A stretch of DNA of 37,168 nucleotides. It comes from a virus (taxonomy: Duplodnaviria; Caudoviricetes). Within the stretch, counting starts at the first letter, position 1; each line of letters opens with the position of its first letter. Of this stretch, positions 34,805 through 37,168 are shown piece by piece. The stretch covers positions 1 through 37,168 of IMG/VR virus record IMGVR_UViG_3300032253_000015. One strand, given 5' to 3'. A model generated the notes under the pieces. It made no database searches. It saw only the letters and a list, made by a program, of their open reading frames with translations, and had not been told where the DNA came from. The position numbers were made by a program, and so were the translations under genes.

Positions 34805-35218
34805 GTGGTGAAGGGCTTCCAAGGCCCTCATCGCTGGTTGAGCAACTTCCATCCGTCGCTCATTCGGTACGAGGGTCTGACGCTCGATTCCGTCGAACAC
34901 GCATACCAGTCCGCAAAATGCGCGGACGCTGCGGAGCGACACCAATTCCGACACATCACACCAGGACAGGCCAAACGCCTCGGCAGACGCGTGCATATCC
35001 GATCTGACTGGGAAGATGTGCGCGAGCAAGTGATGCTCGATTGCCTCAGGCTCAAGTTTCAGTGGCCGCTCCTGCGGATGAACCTTCTAGCGACCGAGGA
35101 CGCGATCCTTGTCGAATGGAACACATGGGGCGACACTTTTTGGGGTGTTACGGACAAAGGCGGCGACAATCGCCTCGGCAAGATCCTCATGCAGGTGAGG
35201 AGCGAGATCAGTGAGTAA
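34805..35218 (+). CDS. NADAR (YbiA-like) family protein; start uncertain (GTG 34805 or ATG 34700)
   Basis: WLSNF, SVEHAYQSAK, DWEDVREQVM...KF, LLATED..LVE, DTFWGV, NRLGKILMQVR. Confidence 0.88.
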   Translation: MVKGFQGPHRWLSNFHPSLIRYEGLTLDSVEHAYQSAKCADAAERHQFRHITPGQAKRLGRRVHIRSDWEDVREQVMLDCLRLKFQWPLLRMNLLATEDAILVEWNTWGDTFWGVTDKGGDNRLGKILMQVRSEISE

Positions 35219-35444
35219 CCAATCCTCACAAATGCCCGAAGAGACGCAGCGTCCGCGCAAGCGCTCACGGAAGCACGCAAAACCGTGGGAAGTGTGGTAT
35301 CGCGCATCGAATGGGCGCAGCTCCCTGTTCTTCCGCGACTGGGTTCGTTTCGGTCGATACAAGGACGAGGCCACTGCGCAAGGCGTGCTGCGTCAGAAGC
35401 GCACCGACCCTTACTTCGAGTGTGAGGTTAGAAAAGGTCTTTGA
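35211..35444 (+). CDS. Hypothetical basic protein
   Basis: GTG start after GAGGAG. Confidence 0.6.
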   Translation: MSNQSSQMPEETQRPRKRSRKHAKPWEVWYRASNGRSSLFFRDWVRFGRYKDEATAQGVLRQKRTDPYFECEVRKGL

Positions 35445-35470
35445 CACCCACCATAAGCCTGTGTTATACG
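35441..35470 (+). promoter_or_regulatory. Sigma70-like promoter
   Basis: TTGACA (35441)-N18-TATACG (35465). Variant dyad ATAA-N7-TTAT at 35453-35467. Confidence 0.65.
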
Positions 35471-35506
35471 TGATCGCATCAACACGAAACAACGGACGGA
35501 AACGAC

Positions 35507-35725
35507 ATGACAAACCTTGCTAAAAAAGAAATAATCGGATCAACGGGCAACTACATGGTCCGCGCAACCTTGACTAAGGACGTTGAAATAGAAAACGGCT
35601 ACACGATGCCTACTGGCAACGTTGTTACCTTGAAGTCTAAGCAAGGCCGTTTCATGAAAGTAGACTCCTTCGAAACAAAAGCTGCCGCACAAACCGCTCT
35701 CGAGGCGTGGACGACTTATGAATAA
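35507..35725 (+). CDS. Hypothetical protein
   Basis: First gene after the promoter. Confidence 0.7.
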   Translation: MTNLAKKEIIGSTGNYMVRATLTKDVEIENGYTMPTGNVVTLKSKQGRFMKVDSFETKAAAQTALEAWTTYE

Positions 35726-36056
35726 GCAGGTCCTATTCAGCGTGACCGCCAAGGACTGTCGATGGGATACGTTCCGAGGCACAGGCAAGGGTGGGCAGAA
35801 GCGCAACAAGACGGAATCAGGTGTTCGATGCACCCACCTCGCATCGGGTGCAGCTGGTCAGTCAGACGACTCCCGGTCGCAACACGACAATCGTCGCACT
35901 GCGTTTAAACGCATGGCCGCAACGTCGGAGTTCAAGTCATGGCATCGTCGTGAGGTGGGCAAGCACACGGGCGAGGAGGCCGCGATCAACGACGCAGTCA
36001 ACCGTGCGATGGAACCCCAGAACCTGGATATTGAGTATTTCGACCCAAATACGTGA
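35718..36056 (+). CDS. Stand-alone RF-1 domain peptidyl-tRNA hydrolase (ArfB/YaeJ-like)
   Basis: FRGTGKGGQKRNKTESGVRCTH...SRSQHDNRRTAFKRM, with an intact GGQ motif. Confidence 0.88.
   Translation: MNKQVLFSVTAKDCRWDTFRGTGKGGQKRNKTESGVRCTHLASGAAGQSDDSRSQHDNRRTAFKRMAATSEFKSWHRREVGKHTGEEAAINDAVNRAMEPQNLDIEYFDPNT
35900..35913. repeat. Dispersed palindrome CGTTTAAACG copy 11 (extended TGCGTTTAAACGCA)
   Basis: In a CDS, read as A-F-K-R. Core at 35902-35911. Confidence 0.95.
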
Positions 36057-36093
36057 TTGATACCGATTAGCACACTGAATATAACAACATTAT
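36057..36093 (+). promoter_or_regulatory. Sigma70-like promoter with ATAA-N5-TTAT dyad
   Basis: TTGATA (36057)-N17-TATAAC (36080). ATAAcaacaTTAT at 36081-36093. Confidence 0.7.
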
Positions 36094-36316
36094 TGTAGTT
36101 TCAAAGTCAACTAGATACCTGCAACAATAAAAGGAGTGAGACCATGAAGTCCTTTAACACCAAGCTGTAGCGAAATCTGACCGGCGAATTTAAACAATCA
36201 AAGATAGCGCCTAATCCGCGCACAAGAAAAAGAATGCATCGGAACCCGCACCAAGCGACTTTTCAAACGGTGAACGGCGGGACTGGCGCGGGGGTGTCAT
36301 GCACCCCCGCGGCTTT
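36092..36316 (+). ncRNA. Candidate small RNA / minigene transcript
   Basis: Lies between a promoter and a strong hairpin. Contains AAGGAG-N7-ATG and an 8-codon ORF (36144-36170, MKSFNTKL). Confidence 0.35.
36287..36316 (+). terminator. Intrinsic terminator-like hairpin
   Basis: CGCGGGGGTG-tcatg-CACCCCCGCG then GCTTT. Confidence 0.6.
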
Positions 36317-36319
36317 CAA

Positions 36320-36396
36320 CCCTACGTGGTCTAACTGGATAAGGCAAGGAACTTCTATTTCTTAGGTTGCAGGTTCGAGTCCTGCCGTAGGGACCA
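36320..36396 (+). tRNA. tRNA-Arg (TCT)
   Basis: Acceptor CCCTACG/CGTAGGG, anticodon arm AGGAA-CTTCTAT-TTCTT, T arm GCAGG-TTCGAGT-CCTGC, then A-CCA. Confidence 0.9.
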
Positions 36397-36398
36397 GT

Positions 36399-36476
36399 GG
36401 AAGTATAGTGTAACGGTTTAGCACGCAGCGCTCATAACGCTTGTAGACATGGGTTCAATTCCCTGTACTTCTACCA
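36399..36476 (+). tRNA. tRNA with CAT anticodon (Met or lysidine-type Ile2)
   Basis: Acceptor GGAAGTA/TACTTCT, D stem GTGT/GCAC, AGCG-CTCATAA-CGCT, irregular T stem around TTCAATT, then A-CCA. Confidence 0.8.
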
Positions 36477-36495
36477 TCAACAAAGGACCTTTAAC

Positions 36496-36690
36496 ATGCT
36501 CGACGCAATCAAGAAAGAAATTACCACGACCTGGGTGGGAGGATCGAAGTTCGACCGCCTCATGCTGGTCGCCTTCTCGTTGTTCTTCCCCTATTACATA
36601 ATCCGCGGGAACTGGTTTGACGCAATCGTGGCAATCCTCGTCTTGGTATGGGTGTGGCAATCCGTGAAGGAGGAGACAATCAATGGCTAA
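36496..36690 (+). CDS. Small membrane protein
   Basis: AAGGA RBS, two hydrophobic segments. Confidence 0.65.
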   Translation: MLDAIKKEITTTWVGGSKFDRLMLVAFSLFFPYYIIRGNWFDAIVAILVLVWVWQSVKEETING

Positions 36691-36946
36691 GTATGACCAA
36701 GGCGGCGGATGCGCGTGCGGGTTGTACCGAGAATGCTGCTGCGAGGACGTGCAGCCAAAGGCACCGAAGCCTGTCGCACGCATTAAGATCACCGACGCGA
36801 TGGTGGGTGCCGCGATCATGTCGCTGCACCAATCCGCAATCGACACGGGACACCCACTGCCTCCTGAAGATGAGGCACCAGAACAGTGGGCCGAGATGCG
36901 CGACGTGATGCGAAAGGCTCTCACAGCAGCAAGGGATGCAATCTGA
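36683..36946 (+). CDS. Hypothetical protein with Cys-rich N terminus
   Basis: GGAGGAG RBS. Segment CACGLYRECCC. Confidence 0.65.
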   Translation: MAKYDQGGGCACGLYRECCCEDVQPKAPKPVARIKITDAMVGAAIMSLHQSAIDTGHPLPPEDEAPEQWAEMRDVMRKALTAARDAI

Positions 36947-37164
36947 TGGGACTTGAGATCAACGAGCGTGTCTGGTGCATTGAATGCAACGGTACTGGAG
37001 TCCTTCACCTGTTCGACGCGAACGAATCCGAGACCTTCGACGTCACTCAAGCTGTCGTAGCACATCTCAACAACGGTGCAACAGTACTAGACGACGCGTG
37101 GCACGACATTACCGAGAACGACGTCTTCACCTTCACCTTAATAATGGACGGCGCAAATGGCTGA
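36946..37164 (+). CDS. Hypothetical protein
   Basis: TGATG overlap. The next gene appears to start at 37157 and runs off the window. Confidence 0.6.
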   Translation: MGLEINERVWCIECNGTGVLHLFDANESETFDVTQAVVAHLNNGATVLDDAWHDITENDVFTFTLIMDGANG

Positions 37165-37168
37165 ACTC

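Noticed and set aside
3345-35911. CGTTTAAACG copies as CRISPR repeats, cloning scars or IS ends
   Set aside because: Spacing is kilobases and irregular, the copies sit in frame within intact genes, and there is no flanking vector, transposase or target duplication.
2344-36093. ATAA-N5-TTAT as the alphaproteobacterial CtrA box
   Set aside because: CtrA sites are TTAA-N7-TTAA. Both the half-sites and the spacing differ.
34709-36476. tRNAs as prophage attachment sites in a host chromosome
   Set aside because: No integrase or host housekeeping genes. Phage-type genes and the same promoter motif continue on both sides.
289-37065. Long minus-strand ORFs (e.g. 17130-18314, 6545-7387, 26644-27423, 36418-37065)
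   Set aside because: They are antisense shadows of well-supported + strand genes in GC-rich DNA, with no recognisable motifs.

Overview
A 37.2 kb segment of a GC-rich double-stranded DNA tailed-phage genome. All credible genes lie on the + strand, mostly joined by ATGA/TGATG overlaps. The host is probably an alphaproteobacterium (inference only). The left half interleaves a full 7-deazaguanine pathway (queD, queC, folE, queF, queE, a TGT/DpdA-like transglycosylase and an adjacent CxxxCxxCC cysteine-cluster protein) with a replisome: family A polymerase, beta-clamp-like protein, DnaX-like clamp loader, DnaQ-like exonuclease and superfamily 1 helicases. Nucleotide-pool enzymes include a HAD phosphatase, a dCMP deaminase, and DUF550- and DUF5664-type pyrophosphohydrolases. 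The right half holds many small accessory genes, a GIY-YIG endonuclease, a ~600 bp non-coding gap, a probable small terminase, NADAR, a GGQ peptidyl-tRNA hydrolase and three tRNAs (Trp, Arg, Met/Ile2). Four signals are not explained by the gene list: (1) the palindrome CGTTTAAACG occurs 11 times, 1.7-5.5 kb apart and in different reading frames; (2) an ATAA-N5-TTAT dyad overlaps the -10 box of most sigma70-like promoters; (3) the tRNA-Trp gene lies inside a stop-free frame continuous with NADAR; (4) a promoter-to-terminator unit near 36.1 kb carries only an 8-codon ORF. All family calls come from motif recognition by eye, not from database searches.
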